Source of the DNA: Amphiscolops sp. MND2022
Lineage: Eukaryota
Direction: 5' to 3'
Length of the DNA: 64,000 nt
Assembly: GCA_964187785.1 (NCBI GenBank)
Contig: OZ076409.1
Location: 32,428,001-32,492,000, forward strand
Each line of letters opens with the position of its first letter. The stretch's first letter is position 1. A model generated the notes under the pieces. The model did not search any database. It saw only the letters and a list, made by a program, of their open reading frames with translations, and was not told where the DNA came from. The translations under genes were made by a program, and so were the position numbers. This document shows positions 49,590 through 62,659 of this stretch, piece after piece.

Positions 49590-52500
49590 CTAGTATCTGT
49601 ATTCATCAGTGAAGTTGGTGGTGGGGCTAGGACAAAGGTTATCTTTTCCTCCTCTAGGACTTTTATTGTCTGCAATCACCTCATCGTTTTCATTATTTAA
49701 TACTTCGGGCACGATTGTATCGCTCCCTCCTGACGATTGTTGATCGTCAACCCTGTCATTCATGCGTTCTGAAGTGGTTTTTCAAGCGAAGCAAAGTCAT
49801 CATTTTCGTGAGGCCCGGTGGACCCAAGGTCCTCGTCGGTGAAAGTTTCATCTGGCGCCCTGGCGCCCTTTTCATGAGGACCGGAGGACCTAAGGTCCAC
49901 GTCGGTGAAATTTTTTTCTGGCGCCATGGCATCATTGACGGGATGGTATCATTGACGGGCACCATCTCGGCTCGTAGGAATTGCGATTTTTTCTGTGGAA
50001 TTGGGAAATTCTCCAAAATTGGTTTCTCAAGTGATAACATAGAGTTCGTCTTGCGGAATAATAATTTCATCATCCGGTTGCAAATTTCCTTCCGGTCTGA
50101 TGTCTTGTAGGACGGTGTTCGGTTCGTATTTACGCAGTGTAATACGATGTAGAATCTGCGTTTTGGTGGAATTCAGTTTTCTGACTATGTAATTTTTGTT
50201 TGGTAAGATCTTTCCTACATTATAGGGACCTGTCCATCGATATTCTCGAAACGGAATTTTTGATCATTGGTGGTCAGCGAGAGGTTGTGAAATGAAGCAA
50301 TAATCGTTTTGTTTCAAACGGGCTGCTTTTGCCTTTCGGTAGTAATATTCCCTGTATTTCAAGTAAAATTGCGTGATGTTTTTTTTGTGGAATCGAGTAG
50401 TATTTGCGTGCGTCTTTGAAATTCGTCTGCCAAACCAGTAGTCGGATGGACCTTCGGGTTGGGATTAAGGCCCAATTTGTGATTTTGTGGCGTGGTAGGT
50501 CGTATTATAGTTTATTACGGCTAAAAGCAAAAGATTATGCCATTGTCGCCTGTAGTCCCCTGCGGCCATGGGCATTTTAGTTTCGTTTTGAGGCAATCGT
50601 GTGTGCGTTCGAGTTTACCAATTGTTTGTGGGTGTTTCGTAGTTGCGCATTCTACTTGAATCCCCAAAATTTGAGCAATTTCGGCCACCAATTAGGACGT
50701 AAAGGCCGTACCTTTGTCCGTGATCAAGATGGTGGGCAAGTAGGTGTGCTTGGTCATTATGTCAATGATAACCTTTGCCGTGTTCGTAGCCGTAGCGTCC
50801 GTAACTGGGTAGGCAAAAAGGTATCTTGAAAATACACCCATTGCGGTTATTATGTTTTCGTATCCTCCACTTGAGGGTAGGTTAGGCAACAAATCTATCT
50901 GCATAGCGTCCTCTGGACCTAAATCCCATTCGGGCAAATTAGGCAATTCCGGAGTGATGGATGAGTTTGGGATTCTTTTGTCTTTCATACAAATTTCGTA
51001 TCCTTGAACCCATTTTTTAAAAATTTTTGCGATGCCAGGATAATAATATTTTAGTCGGATTTCGATGAGCATCTTGGAAATTCCTGGATCTTTATTGGCT
51101 TGGCCGTGTAAGGTGTCAAATAATTGTGGGACTAGATGTTTTGGTAAAAGCACCTGATTGTATTTAATGGATCCTGTTTCGTCAAAATACTGTCTGGTCA
51201 AAATTTCATCCGTGACGGACAGTCGGTCCATTTGGCGACAGTAGTGCTGGTAGCGGGTATCCTGCAATAAGATGGTTTCTGAGTAATTTTTTCTCAATAT
51301 TTTAAGTCGCAATTGCTGTAGGATGACGTCGTTGTTTGCTCTACTAATATAGTGTTCGCGTAGGATAATTTTTGAAATGTTAAAAGTTTGTGATAATCGC
51401 TGTTGTGTGTAAAAATTTTTTCGAATGAGATATCCGGTAGTTGATTTGTTGGGTGATCTCTAGCTGCCTTTTTACATTGTAAAATTTGTTCTTCTGTCTC
51501 ATCATCATCCTCCGTATAGAAAATTTGTTCCTCGTCGGACACTCCTGCTGATTGGAGGTGTAGTTCAACCAGTGTCGTTGGAATATCTTCTCTGATTCTG
51601 AGAATGTGTTTTTTTGGAGATTTTTCAAGACGGGACAAGTAGTCGGCAGCGGTGATGGTTTTGCCTGGAATATGGGCAATTGTGGAATTGAACTGAATGA
51701 CATAGTCACATGCGTTCCATAGTAATGGTGGAATGATTTTCGTCTGAAAAAATTGTGTGACGGATTGGTTGTCGGTGAGTATGATTACCGGTTTTGGGGT
51801 TCCTCAAAAGATATGTCCGAATTCCTTGAAGGCAAAGAAAATTGCCAAGAATTCCTTTGCGTAGATGGACATTTTCAGTTGGGTGGGACTAGAGGTCTGA
51901 TCCGTAAGCTACTGATGCGAAAGCTTTCTTCGTCGATGTAGATTTTTCGAGAAGATCGTCTTCAATGAGAACCGCGTACCCTGCGGCCGAAAAGCTTGCG
52001 TCAGTCATGAGGGCTATTTGCTTGTTCGGTAAGGGTTGTTTGAATGCTAGTTCACAACATCGGTCAAGGGCCTTATTGATCTCGGTGATTTTTTCCAATA
52101 GGTCCGGTGTTACCAGGACTTTTTCATCTTTAGTTAGTAATTTGAAAAACGGCGTTAGTTTTTCCGAGAGCCTCGGGATGTAATTCCGATAGTAGTTGGG
52201 AAATCCCAAATAACGTTGGAGTGCCTTTTTTGAATTTGGGAATTTGTATTTTCCAGGAAGTTTTGGACTCGTGGTCTCTGCGAATTCACTCCAGCAGGAG
52301 TGATGGTACGTCCCCGAAAATCAATTTCTGTTGCTCCAAAATTGCATTTATGCATTGTTAGTTTCAGACCAGCTTGTTGAATGCATTGAAATGTGGCCCC
52401 AAGGTTGTTGATGAGTTGTTCGGCGTCGTTGGCTGCGATGCCAATATCATCAACGTATTGGGCACATTGGTCTGCTTCTATGACTTTGTCGATAGAGCGA

Positions 52501-53990
52501 TATTAAGTCCTTGTGCCAATCTTCTGAATGCGAAGGATCTGCTGGCAAAGTTGAAAGCAAGCTTTTCGATGGACCGTTAGTCAACCATCTGAAAGCAATG
52601 ATATGCTTGCGAGCAGTCCAGTTTGCAAAATAGCTTTTTCCCGGCCATGTGTTGGGCTGCATCTGTGAGTGTACTCACCGGGTGATTGTTGTTTATGTAG
52701 TCATCCGAGAAGAGATTGTTGATTTTCCGTAAATCGACTAAAAGTCGCAGTTTTCCATTAGGTTTCTTTTGGGCAAAAATTGGGCTTGCGTATTTGGACA
52801 ATGGGAGTGTTGTAATTATCCCATAGCGGTGTAGTAAAGCTAATTCAACAAGGATGTCTTCCTTGAGGTTGATTGGCGTTGGTAAACTCTGACTATAGGC
52901 CGGGGAGTCATCTTTTGGTGTCAATTTGACCTTGAAGTCCTCGTTCATACCTATGTCAAATCGATGTCTTGCGAATATGTTGTGAAAATCGACAAGTAAA
53001 TCCTCTATGCAAGCGATTTCAGCAGGTTGTAACATAGAGTATGTCCAGTCAAAGTTATACAAAAACTGTTGTCTTGACTCAGGGTTATCCTGAGGATTGA
53101 GATTCTCTAGTTCCTGGAGATTGATGAGTTCGGACAAAATCCTTTTCTGGATCGGTGTGTGGTGCTGAGGGTCCCCAGGGCCCTCTGGTGTGGGAAACCA
53201 GTAGTTCTCCTTGAAGTTCTCAGGTTTTGTAGATTTGATCAAGCTGCTTGCATAGTGAGCAGCACTCTCAGGGTTACCTTGCAGGGTCTATAGGTTTTAC
53301 ATATTTCGTCTGTTCTGGTGTCAGAACAGTGAAAGTGGCTACTTGCGTGCCTCTTTTGAGGGTATACGGACTGTCAGTAAAGTTGTTCAGATGAACTGAT
53401 GTTTGACCATTGGTCAAAGTGACTAGAGCAGCACAGAAGGCGATATCGCCGTCGTCTGTGAGGATGTTGCTCGGTTGAAGGATCCCAGTAACTGCAGTGT
53501 CTTTGTACAGTTGTGAAGCCAGCTGGACCGAGTGTCGGTCATTAGGTGGGATGGTTACATCCTCTCTGATGCAAATGGGTTCCATGACGTTAGTATATTT
53601 GTGATCTGCAGTTTTTAATTGCATGGAGAAGAAAGGGAAATTCAGGACACCTTGTCTCATGTCCAGGATGGTGTTGTTCCGTTGGAGGAATGAAAGACCA
53701 TTCAGTGGACTGGTGATGTGTTCCATAACTATAAAAATCTTGTGGAATTCTATGTCTCTGAATTCAAATTTTAGCTCGACTGTGCTCTTCGCAGTCTCCA
53801 GCTGACCATTAGCAACCATAATTTGGAAGTTGGGTGCCGGGCCTACTTTGACAATAGACTTAGGGGCTAATATTTGGATTTTACGTAGATCAGCTTCTGG
53901 GATTGCGCTAGATAGAGCTCCCGTGTCTACAAGGCCATCTAATATCAGTTCGCCGAATTCCATTGGTAGAGCATTCGTCGTTAATTTTTG
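49590..53990 (-). pseudogene. pol: Gypsy pol: protease, RT, RNase H, integrase (frameshifted)
   Basis: GLVDTGALSS (protease); SPIFAQKKPNGKLRLLVDLRKIN, KLDCSQAYH and QYVDD at ~52445-52460 (RT); MTDASFSAAG, KEFLA, LTDN (RNase H); IDLLP...FSRYLFAYP and TDKGTAFT (integrase). Confidence 0.95.
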
Positions 53991-54614
53991 AGGCCAAGAT
54001 TGGTTGTCAGCGGTACATAGTCTGGTTCCCCTGTTCTGGTGACTACGGTGTTCACAAAGCGTGCTGTAACGGCTGTAGCCAGGGAGACCTGTGTTCCCAC
54101 ACGGTGAAATTCGTCGTCTGCATCAGAGTGACTCGTTTGATGAGTGAGGTATGTACCATGTTATCATGGGTCAACTCGGACCTTTGCAAGGACCGTATTC
54201 AATGCGTGATCAGTTTCATAAGAATCTGGTTCTATGTTCTGGTCTGGTTTGTTAAAATTATGGTAGAAGTATAGATGATGTTGATTGTACCAATTAAAGT
54301 CTCAAAACCATAGTCAGGGGCAGTGTAGTACGGGTTATAGTCATCAATAAGTGGTATAAGTCGTATAATCGAAGTATCGTTTTGTAGTCTTTTGGACATA
54401 GGGTCCAACGTGGTGGAAAAGGAAGGTGGAGCCTTCATCTGCTGCTGCCAGTCAGCTGATGATGTTTCTTTAAGATATGTATAGTATTCAGTATAATATA
54501 TGTTTGAAGGGTCAGTTATTACGTATTGTCGGACACGTATTGTCGGAGTTTATCAATTATTTGGAGTCGTGGCAAATCTAGTTTTTTGGGTTTTTTAAAA
54601 TTGGTGTCGTTTGC

Positions 54615-55691
54615 TTATTTTTGCGTCTTCTTGGCTGGTGGACGTGTCGGCAATGGTGGTGTCCTCCAGTTTAAAGTTTTTGGGCTTGAGGTGGGCTCCA
54701 GCGCCTTTCCAACATCGTTCCGCCGGGTGTTTCGTTTTGTCGCAAGTTGGACGTTTTGGATTTCTTTCTTGTTATCCTGTCCGTCATTGCAGCGCTGTTC
54801 TTCCTTTCTTTTGAGTTTTCGGGACTCACCCTTGATATGTCCGGGTTTTTTGCAATAGTTGCAAGTAATGTTTGGATCGATGCCCGAAGAAAGGAGGCTA
54901 GTTCCCGGTCGTGGTGCTGTAGGGGCAGTGGACAATGTTGGTACTGGATTGTCGTCCCCCTCCTTTGACCTCCCCCCAAGTTCATTGAGCTCAAGCTCGC
55001 GTTCTAAATGAGTGACTATTTCCTCATAGGTGGCGTTTTCGAGTGTAGCCATTTTGACGGAACGTTTCAGTTTTGGTGGCAGTTTGGCATAAAGGAGACT
55101 GTCGATCATGGCCTGGGCGTTCTCACCAAACGCTTTTTCAGCTCTTTGATTTAATTCCTCATGGAAGTCTAACAGTTTCATGGTATTTGGGTCAAACATC
55201 AAGCTGTGCCATTTGTGTTTGGCGGTCGCCTGGGACTCGGGTTTGACATATTTCCGACGGAATACTGCCAAGATGTCTTCCAGAGTTTGCCTGTTTGCCG
55301 TATTGATGTTGCGGAAAGTTTGTAACGCATTCTTGCGTAACAATGAACGAAAATGGTTTTTTTGTTGCATTTTATCATTGTGTGAAAGAGATCTTCGAAA
55401 AGTTCGAATTTCTCCGATTTGCCATCGAACGTCAGTGTAGTCGTGCTGACTAGGCGTTCCATCAGTGTTTGTGCTGACGGAATGGTTGTTCATGCCAACT
55501 AATACTTCAGCAAGACGGTTGGTGGGGTCTAAAGGTGTAGTTTGACTTGCAGGTTCCTGGAACTGTGGGGTATGGTCCAAAGGTTCGTCTGCATTAGAGG
55601 TTTGACGTTGCAGGGTTTCACGGCATTGCATGGGCCGTCCAGTGAGAAACTCAGGAACCATATGGGGGGTAAGGTTGGCTCCTGTCACCAT
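54615..55691 (-). pseudogene. gag: Gypsy gag with zinc-knuckle relic
   Basis: TFDGKSEKFELFEDLFHTMIK, LLRKNALQTF, LYAKLPPKLKRSV and CNYCKKPGH; frameshifted. Confidence 0.9.
55673..55690 (-). promoter_or_regulatory. Primer-binding site
   Basis: TGGTGACAGGAGCCAACC immediately follows the 5' LTR end ...CGACA on the minus strand; cognate tRNA not identified. Confidence 0.75.
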
Positions 55692-57384
55692 GTCGCGATT
55701 TTGCTCGCCTATATATGAATCTACTGAACTTTCCCTAGACCTCTGTCCACTATTTTCCTGCGTAAAACACGTTTCAGGACAATTTTTCCATGTTTTCTAT
55801 GAATTTCCTACTTCGGGGTTCCGTTGTAGCCCACTGGACCTTCGGTCCCCCATGGTGAAATTATTCGTCCTTGGGCCAGGATGTAGCCCGCTGGACGCTT
55901 GGTTCACCATGGTAAAATTAGCTCTCCCCTGCACTTCTAGTGTAATTTGTCTGGAAGAAAGCACAGTATCAGTTATTGCAGCAGTGATAGCATTTTGAAT
56001 CTGAGAATTTAAGTTGGTTTTACTTTCATTTAGTTTCTTGGACTTTTGGTTCGCAATTTCTTCATTGATTAATCTAGTTGTCTCAATGATAGCTTCGCTG
56101 TTTCCTCTACTATTTGTAAGTAGCGACCTAAAGTCTTCACCAGTTACATTTGAATTCCGCTGTGGCCTGCTAGATTCTGAGTCTAAATTAATATTATTCT
56201 CACTAAGGTCATTTTCCTCGTTGTTTCTTGAATAACTTCCTAACATGACATCAACATATTCTACATTGAACATGGTGTCTAATTGTTATCAACGTCTCTC
56301 CTTAGCTTTTTGTTTCCTAGTAGTAAGCAATGAAGAATGACTCAACGTAGCAACAATGAATCAACTGATTATCTTGGATAATTATTTCAAAGCTGAATAG
56401 TAAGTACAACAGGTACGTGAAACAAATTCAGAGATAGATCAAAAGAGTAGCAGTTTGTTCGTATGAATTGTGATTGGATTCACACAAAATTGAAAACGCG
56501 GTCCAAATGCTTCTCCTATATATAGTATTCACATTATGACAAGCGAAATTATAATGGTCATGTTACTAAAAATAGCATCTGGGTTTTTTTAGGTTTCATG
56601 ACGTCAGAATTGCATCATTATCTAAGCGTCTAAATATAACATCAAAACGGGACACTACGGGGCGGGAAGGTAACCTGGCTTTCAGGTTTGACACGAGTTA
56701 TAAAAGTCCTAAAAATAGATTGGCTACATGTTTTATCTAAATAACACATATCACTTGAATTTTATGATGTACAATCAATCAACTAATAATTCCATAACTG
56801 ACTTAAAGTCCAAATAACTGCATCACGTTAAGTACAATAGCTTGTTGACGAAATACATCCTTTGTGGACCTTCAGTCCGCGTCGCTACAGCATCATATGC
56901 TTGATTTGCCGGAGTGGCAGTAAATAGTACCATAGCAGACTTGTGGTCCGCGCGGCAACATTAAGTATATATAATAGTACAGCGCTGTGATTGGTCAGTT
57001 AGATTGGGACGGTATGTATACCGAGCGTTAACAAAAGTTCATTTGAACTCGTTTCCTTATTGCGTTTAATCGCAAGCTTACAGCACAGCTATTTTACATT
57101 CAGTTTATAATACTACTGCATCTTTTAATCAACTAAACAGGCACAGGACTTTACTAATCAATTATACATATAGCCCCGTAGATTACTATTAGTATTGTGG
57201 CCGTGTGGACTGCAAGTTCTTTTGGAGAAAATAAAAAATAAGAACAATAAAAAAAATCAGTTGTAGTTTTAAAGTACCTTGGGTATTAATCCCTAAACAG
57301 GGAGTACTCCGGATAAGGGGTTGATTCTTGAGTCTTCGTGGGGAATTTGATAGTAATTCCCGTCGCAGGCGGTAGCCTGCGACA
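55691..57384 (-). repeat. 5' LTR (1694 bp)
   Basis: Direct repeat of 41650-43338 with many substitutions; TG...CA termini. Confidence 0.95.
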
Positions 57385-57915
57385 GCTGGTAATCGGTCAA
57401 GTCTTTCATAACAAACATCTTTTTTCCACTCGTCAAAAGATTACTCTTTCAGAAATCATATTTCAGTTTTCAATGGACAAAAAGCATTAAATCGTCAATA
57501 TGAAAATTTTGCGTAACTTTATCATTATGGAACTATTATAATCTGTAGTTATTGTTCACTTGGAAATATGTTAGTACAAAGATACAGATTCATTCATAGC
57601 ACCAATTTGACTGATTTGAGTAATTCGATTCAACTTTTGTTCTAGTGAAATTAACGCCGCACCTATCATAAAAAAAACAAGACCCCGAAGTATATTGTTT
57701 TCTATAAACCGTTCCTTTCTGATGATCGCTGACGTAACACTTTAGTGCTTTGACAATTAAAGTGACAACCGAACCCAGGTACACATTGTCTCGTATCCCA
57801 ACAAAAAGAAAACACCATTTATTCTTGCATACAAAAAAATAATTTCTTATAGCTGCGTTGCAACCCCTAGTCGAGCCTCCATGAACTTTTTACACTTGCG
57901 ATAAGCAAATGTTAT

Positions 57916-58652
57916 TGTAACGACCGGCTAGCGACGCACATTTAGGAAGAAGGACAATGCCCAGGGTTCTTAAACAGGAGACCGTTGTCTTACTACATCC
58001 CTAGACATTAGATTTTCTTCCCAATATGGTCTCCTAGGTGGACTTTTCTTTCGTCAAAGGAGGCTCCTCTAGGTAGAGCTCCGAGGCGACGTGCCGGCAC
58101 TCTCAAAGTCCGGACGCGCCCCACAAGCCTGTAAAAACGAATCCTAGGTTCCTAACATACATTCCTGCCACCTCTTACACACTTCCGAGGTCCAAAAAGG
58201 TGTCTAACTGAAATACATTGTATTTGGGGAATAATTTCTAAAATACAGATCTAGTAGATCAAAAACCATCCAAATACTCTGTAAACGGTGACAAAACACG
58301 TGGATAAGCCCCAATAACATTACAGTTTAGGGTTGGTTGTCAGTTTGGCCTCTGGCATCATTCCTCATCTTCGAGGCACAATGGTCTCATTTGGCATTTT
58401 TCTGCCGAAACCCTGTCTTTTTGCTGTCAGCTGGCACAAATCCTGATTCTCTCGCCTTCTGGGTGAGTGATGACATCTCTGACATTCACGTTCCTGGGGG
58501 GTGGCGTCTGCTTTTACCTTCTTTTTGCTTCTTCTACGGTTTTCTTACCTGCCGGGTCGGTCATCTTGAATGTGCTTGTTTGATACCGCACATTTCGAAT
58601 TTCTGATCGAAATTTTCAAAAACCTTTGCAACGTCCCTTGCTTAATGTTACA
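57916..58652 (-). repeat. LTR (737 bp)
   Basis: TGTAAC...GTTACA termini; matches 61869-62557. Confidence 0.9.
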
Positions 58653-61600
58653 TCCTCCCCGGGCCGTAGTTTGTCGTCCTCGACAAACGAGAGAGCACGT
58701 TGACATCTTGGTTGCCACCATCCAGTGATCCAGTGATACTGTTGCAACATGGTGCGTCAGGAATCTAAATAGAAGTCTTTGCCCAAAAGCATGTTACTGC
58801 CCAAAAACATGAGTTTTTTCCAGCCTAGCAGGCTTCCTTGGATTCAACACCCACTGCGTCCTAGCACTCGAATCAATTTAGCAATTTTAGACATTTAGCA
58901 TTGTATTCAAAACGTTTTCAAATTTTTAATTTCGCACCAAAATTACTAGCACTTTGTGTTACTGCATCTGAATAAGTATAAAAAGCACTCATCAGAACAG
59001 ATTTGGCTTTGGCCGGGGCTCACTTGATATGTTAGGTTCTACAAAATGCACGATAGCACTTGAAAAGCGAAAAACAAAAGTAACAGCTGTGGTCTTGCAA
59101 AAGGGTCGTAGTTCATGGCCAACAAAATTTGCACAATAAATAGCACCAATGGGAAAACAGAGCTCAAAAATTCGAAATATGGCAAAAATTGAGGACCCAT
59201 TCAGTCTATTCTGTTAGCAGTGTACGCTCAGATAAAGATATCGTCTAGGTAGTACAAGCACCAGTGTATATGCAAGAGATGGAATTAAACTGCTTCTTAA
59301 GAGGATGACAATGTCAATAGCGATGATAGAGCAGATCCAATAAAAGTCAAAAATTAGCCATTATAGATCATGAAAACAGTCTTTGGCATTAGAAACAAGT
59401 TCCAGAGCAATCAATTGAGTTCTAAAAGCACGGCCGCTGGCCAAGCAGTTCTCAGAGCTTCGAAGCTCTATGTGTTTCAGCATGCTTGGTGTTGATTTCT
59501 ATCGGGAGAGTAGTACGATCCGAAAAAGCGTTCTTTTTCAACTATTTTAGTCACTACTCTACTTGTTGTTATGTTTTGATACACACTGCGTTCAAAGTCT
59601 GAACCTCTAAAAGTGCCTATGAACAAGCTCCAGCACCCACAGGGTACATAGAGTTCCGAGCATGCGTGTTCACAACGAATAATTTGCACTTAGGTGACTT
59701 TGATAGCAATCAGGAGGCGAATTTCGATTTTTGGTTTTTCGCCTCTATGTCTCGTAGACCGTCTTCTCTGAGACCCGAGATCGTGGGGTCGGTTTAGAAC
59801 TAATCAAAATGAATCAGCAGGATGTGCAGAGCATGCCTGGTATGCTAGTTTGGTCGTTTGGGCCCTCACTGGCACGTACACTGACAAAGAGTGTGCGATT
59901 TGTCTCACAAAATTGCAAAGTCAACAATTTTTTGTCAACAGGCACCTCCGGAAAAGGTGAAATCCAGTTCTAGCGCTGCTAGCGACATGAAAATTTCACA
60001 CCGTTTACTACGCTAGCTGAATTGTGGGGAATTAACCTCCGATTGCCCCAAAATTGATTCTGTGGGTGTTACGGTCACTTAATATATTCACTGAAAAATT
60101 GACTATGTCGTGAAATTCACAAAAGTTAATCAAATTCGCCTTCTAGGCGTCCTAGTTACCTGAAATTTTGCATGCGAGCGTAAATTATGCCCACGTAACA
60201 GAAAAAATGGCAGTCAAGTGCCTGAGTTAATATTTGACGATCCGAAGCGACAAAACTATGCCGTACCGGAGGTACCACTTTTTCGGGTCAAAATTCACAA
60301 AATTATCATTTCTCAGCTTTGGCTAGCTACTGGCTGCTCAAATTGCACAAATCGTTGTGATTTGGTACCACGCGTTCGAAAATATGCGAAGTTAGGTGCT
60401 GGGATACCTTGGGGATAACACACTGAGCTCAACTAAAATTCCGCTTTTTTGGCAATTTTGTGCACGTTTTGAGCAAAACTGCAGCTAAAATTGTTCCACG
60501 AGTATTGACAGTAGCGACATCAAAATCACGCTACTAGCATAACTGTTTGCGCTCTACACGATGGTGCAATCTGTTTTTGGTTTTTCCTGCTAGGAGACAT
60601 TCCCACTTGTCAAAAATACGTGATTGCCGAATTCTCAAAATGTCGCAAAAATAGACCGTTTTTGGCTATTTCAAAGCAACCACTGTTCGGAATTACAAGT
60701 TACACCACAAGTTACACCTTTTACACTCTCGGAACAATGTGAAAAATACGTATTTTCCCTAGGAACTTTTTATTTGTCGGTTCCCAGATGTTCGGGGGTA
60801 GTTCTGAACGTAACCCAATAAGTGGTAATAACTCTATTCAGGGGACTGAGGTTGTTTCTGTTATTAGTTTGGATATTATAACTCTCAGGTCTATAAGGTC
60901 CTCTACTCAGGTCTATGTATATCAAACAAAATCAAGGTTTAAAGTTTCAGTTTATATTGGGGGATGCTAAAAATTGTCTTGACAGTAGTGTTTTATAGTA
61001 CCAGGCTCAGGAACATTGTTCTTGAACTGATCTAAAAGCTTGGAAGCAAATGCCCAAGGCTTCGCCCTCAAGAATTTTGGTTTTTTCAGGCCAAAATTGA
61101 TGTCATTTCAACAAACAAAAATCGCTGAATTTTTCGATGTTTCAACAATTTAGCCAAACAAATTTCTCTGTTCCCGACCTAACAAGTTTAATGGAACGTT
61201 TTTTTTGTATTCTCACAGGTCGTACCCTCTTTTGAAAAATTTTGGCTTTTGAGAGTAACCAAGTTGAAAATCGAGCTATATTAGGTGTTATAGCTAGCTC
61301 GCTATATTTTTTCAAAAAACAATCGGAATACCCAGTGGGTATTTGTCTCAGTTCTTACTACTGAGGGTACGCCTGGGAATAGGCTTTTAAAGCAACAAAA
61401 ACAAAAAGGGAGGTTGTAACCCAGTCGATTTGCTGCAATCAATTGGGTGAGGGAAGTGTTGTACATTTCGTCTCCAATTCGTCACCGCTTATGGGGTAAG
61501 GACTGTCACTCTGCTTATTCCCCGTCCCAATGTGCATTGCAAATAGACTGAAATAGAGCTACAAAACCCTTTAAAACTGAATCCGGTTAAACCGGATGGT

Positions 61601-61868
61601 TAATCTCGGTAAGCAGAAACGGTGTCAAAACGGTACTTTGCCGAAAATCAAATATTTCCCATTCCAGACCTCGAAAACATGCAGGAAACGCAGGAATTCA
61701 GCTAAAAGAAAGCCTACAAGGCTTGACTAAAGCAATAAAAATACCATAGGACTCTCCAAAAAGTTTTCTTAGATCTGGTTCTTACGGGGCCGGAAAACAG
61801 GAGTTGCTCCTAGTTGGACGTGAAAATGGAAAAATATCCCCTGTGGTTGCCATAAAAACTATTCCAGA

Positions 61869-62557
61869 TGTAACGACCGGCTAGCGACGCACATCTAGAA
61901 AGAAGGACAATGCTCAGGGTGCTTAAACAGGAGACCGTTGTCTTACTACATCCCTAGACATTAGATTTTCTTCCCAATATGGTCTCCTAGGGGGACTTTT
62001 CTTTCGTCACAGGAGGCTCCTCTAGGTAGAGCTCCGAGGCGACGTGCCGGCACTCTCAAAGTCCGGACGCGCCCCACAAGCCTGTAAAAACGAATCCTAG
62101 GTTCCTAACATACATTCCTGCTACCTCCTACACACTTCCGAGGTCCAAAAAGGTGTCTAACTGAAGTACATTGTATTTGGGGAATAAGTTCTAAAATACA
62201 GATCTAGTAGATCAAACATCATCCAAATACTCTGTAAACGGTGACAAAACACGGGAATAAGCCCCAATAACATTACAGTTTAGGGTCGGTCGTCAGTCTG
62301 GCCTCTGGCATCATTCCTCATCTTCGGGGCACAATGGTCTCATTTGGCATTTTTCTGCCGAAACCCTGTCTTTTTGCTGTCAGCTGGCACAATTCCTGAT
62401 TCTCTCGCCTTCTGGGTGATGACATCTCTGACATTCACGTTCCTGGGGGGTGGGGTCTGCTTTTGCCTTCATTTTGCTTCTTTTACGGTTTTCGTACCTG
62501 CCTGGTCGGCCATCTTGAATGTGCTTGTTTGATACCGCACATTTCGAATTTTTGATC
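61869..62557 (-). repeat. LTR lacking its last ~45 bp
   Basis: Homology to 57916-58608 stops at tttcgaatttttgatc, just before the tRNA-headed repeat. Confidence 0.85.
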
Positions 62558-62580
62558 ACAGTTCGAAGTTGCACAGTTCA

Positions 62581-62654
62581 CGCGTTCGTGGTCTGATGGT
62601 AAGATGTTCGTTTTTCAACCCAGAGGTTTCGTGTTCAAACCCGTGCGTATGCGC
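62581..62654 (+). pseudogene. tRNA-Glu(TTC)-like head of a SINE-like repeat
   Basis: cgcgttcgTGGTCTGATGGtaagatgttcgtttTTCaacccagaggtttcgtGTTCAAAcccgtgcgtatgcg: A and B boxes, imperfect acceptor stem, followed by tttttttt. Confidence 0.55.
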
Positions 62655-62659
62655 AAGTT

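Larger units (their letters stand above)
41650..57384 (-). mobile_element. Full-length Ty3/Gypsy LTR retrotransposon, 15.7 kb, decayed
   Basis: Termini TGTCGCAG...CTGCGACA; TSD GCTGG at 41645-41649 and 57385-57389; two ~1.69-kb LTRs; gag-PR-RT-RH-IN order on the minus strand. Confidence 0.95.
57916..62557 (-). mobile_element. Non-autonomous LTR element (LARD/TRIM-like), right LTR truncated
   Basis: Two similar LTRs; PPT GGGGAGGA (58653-58660, minus strand); TGG two bases inside the other LTR boundary; 3.2-kb interior without recognisable gag/pol. Confidence 0.8.
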
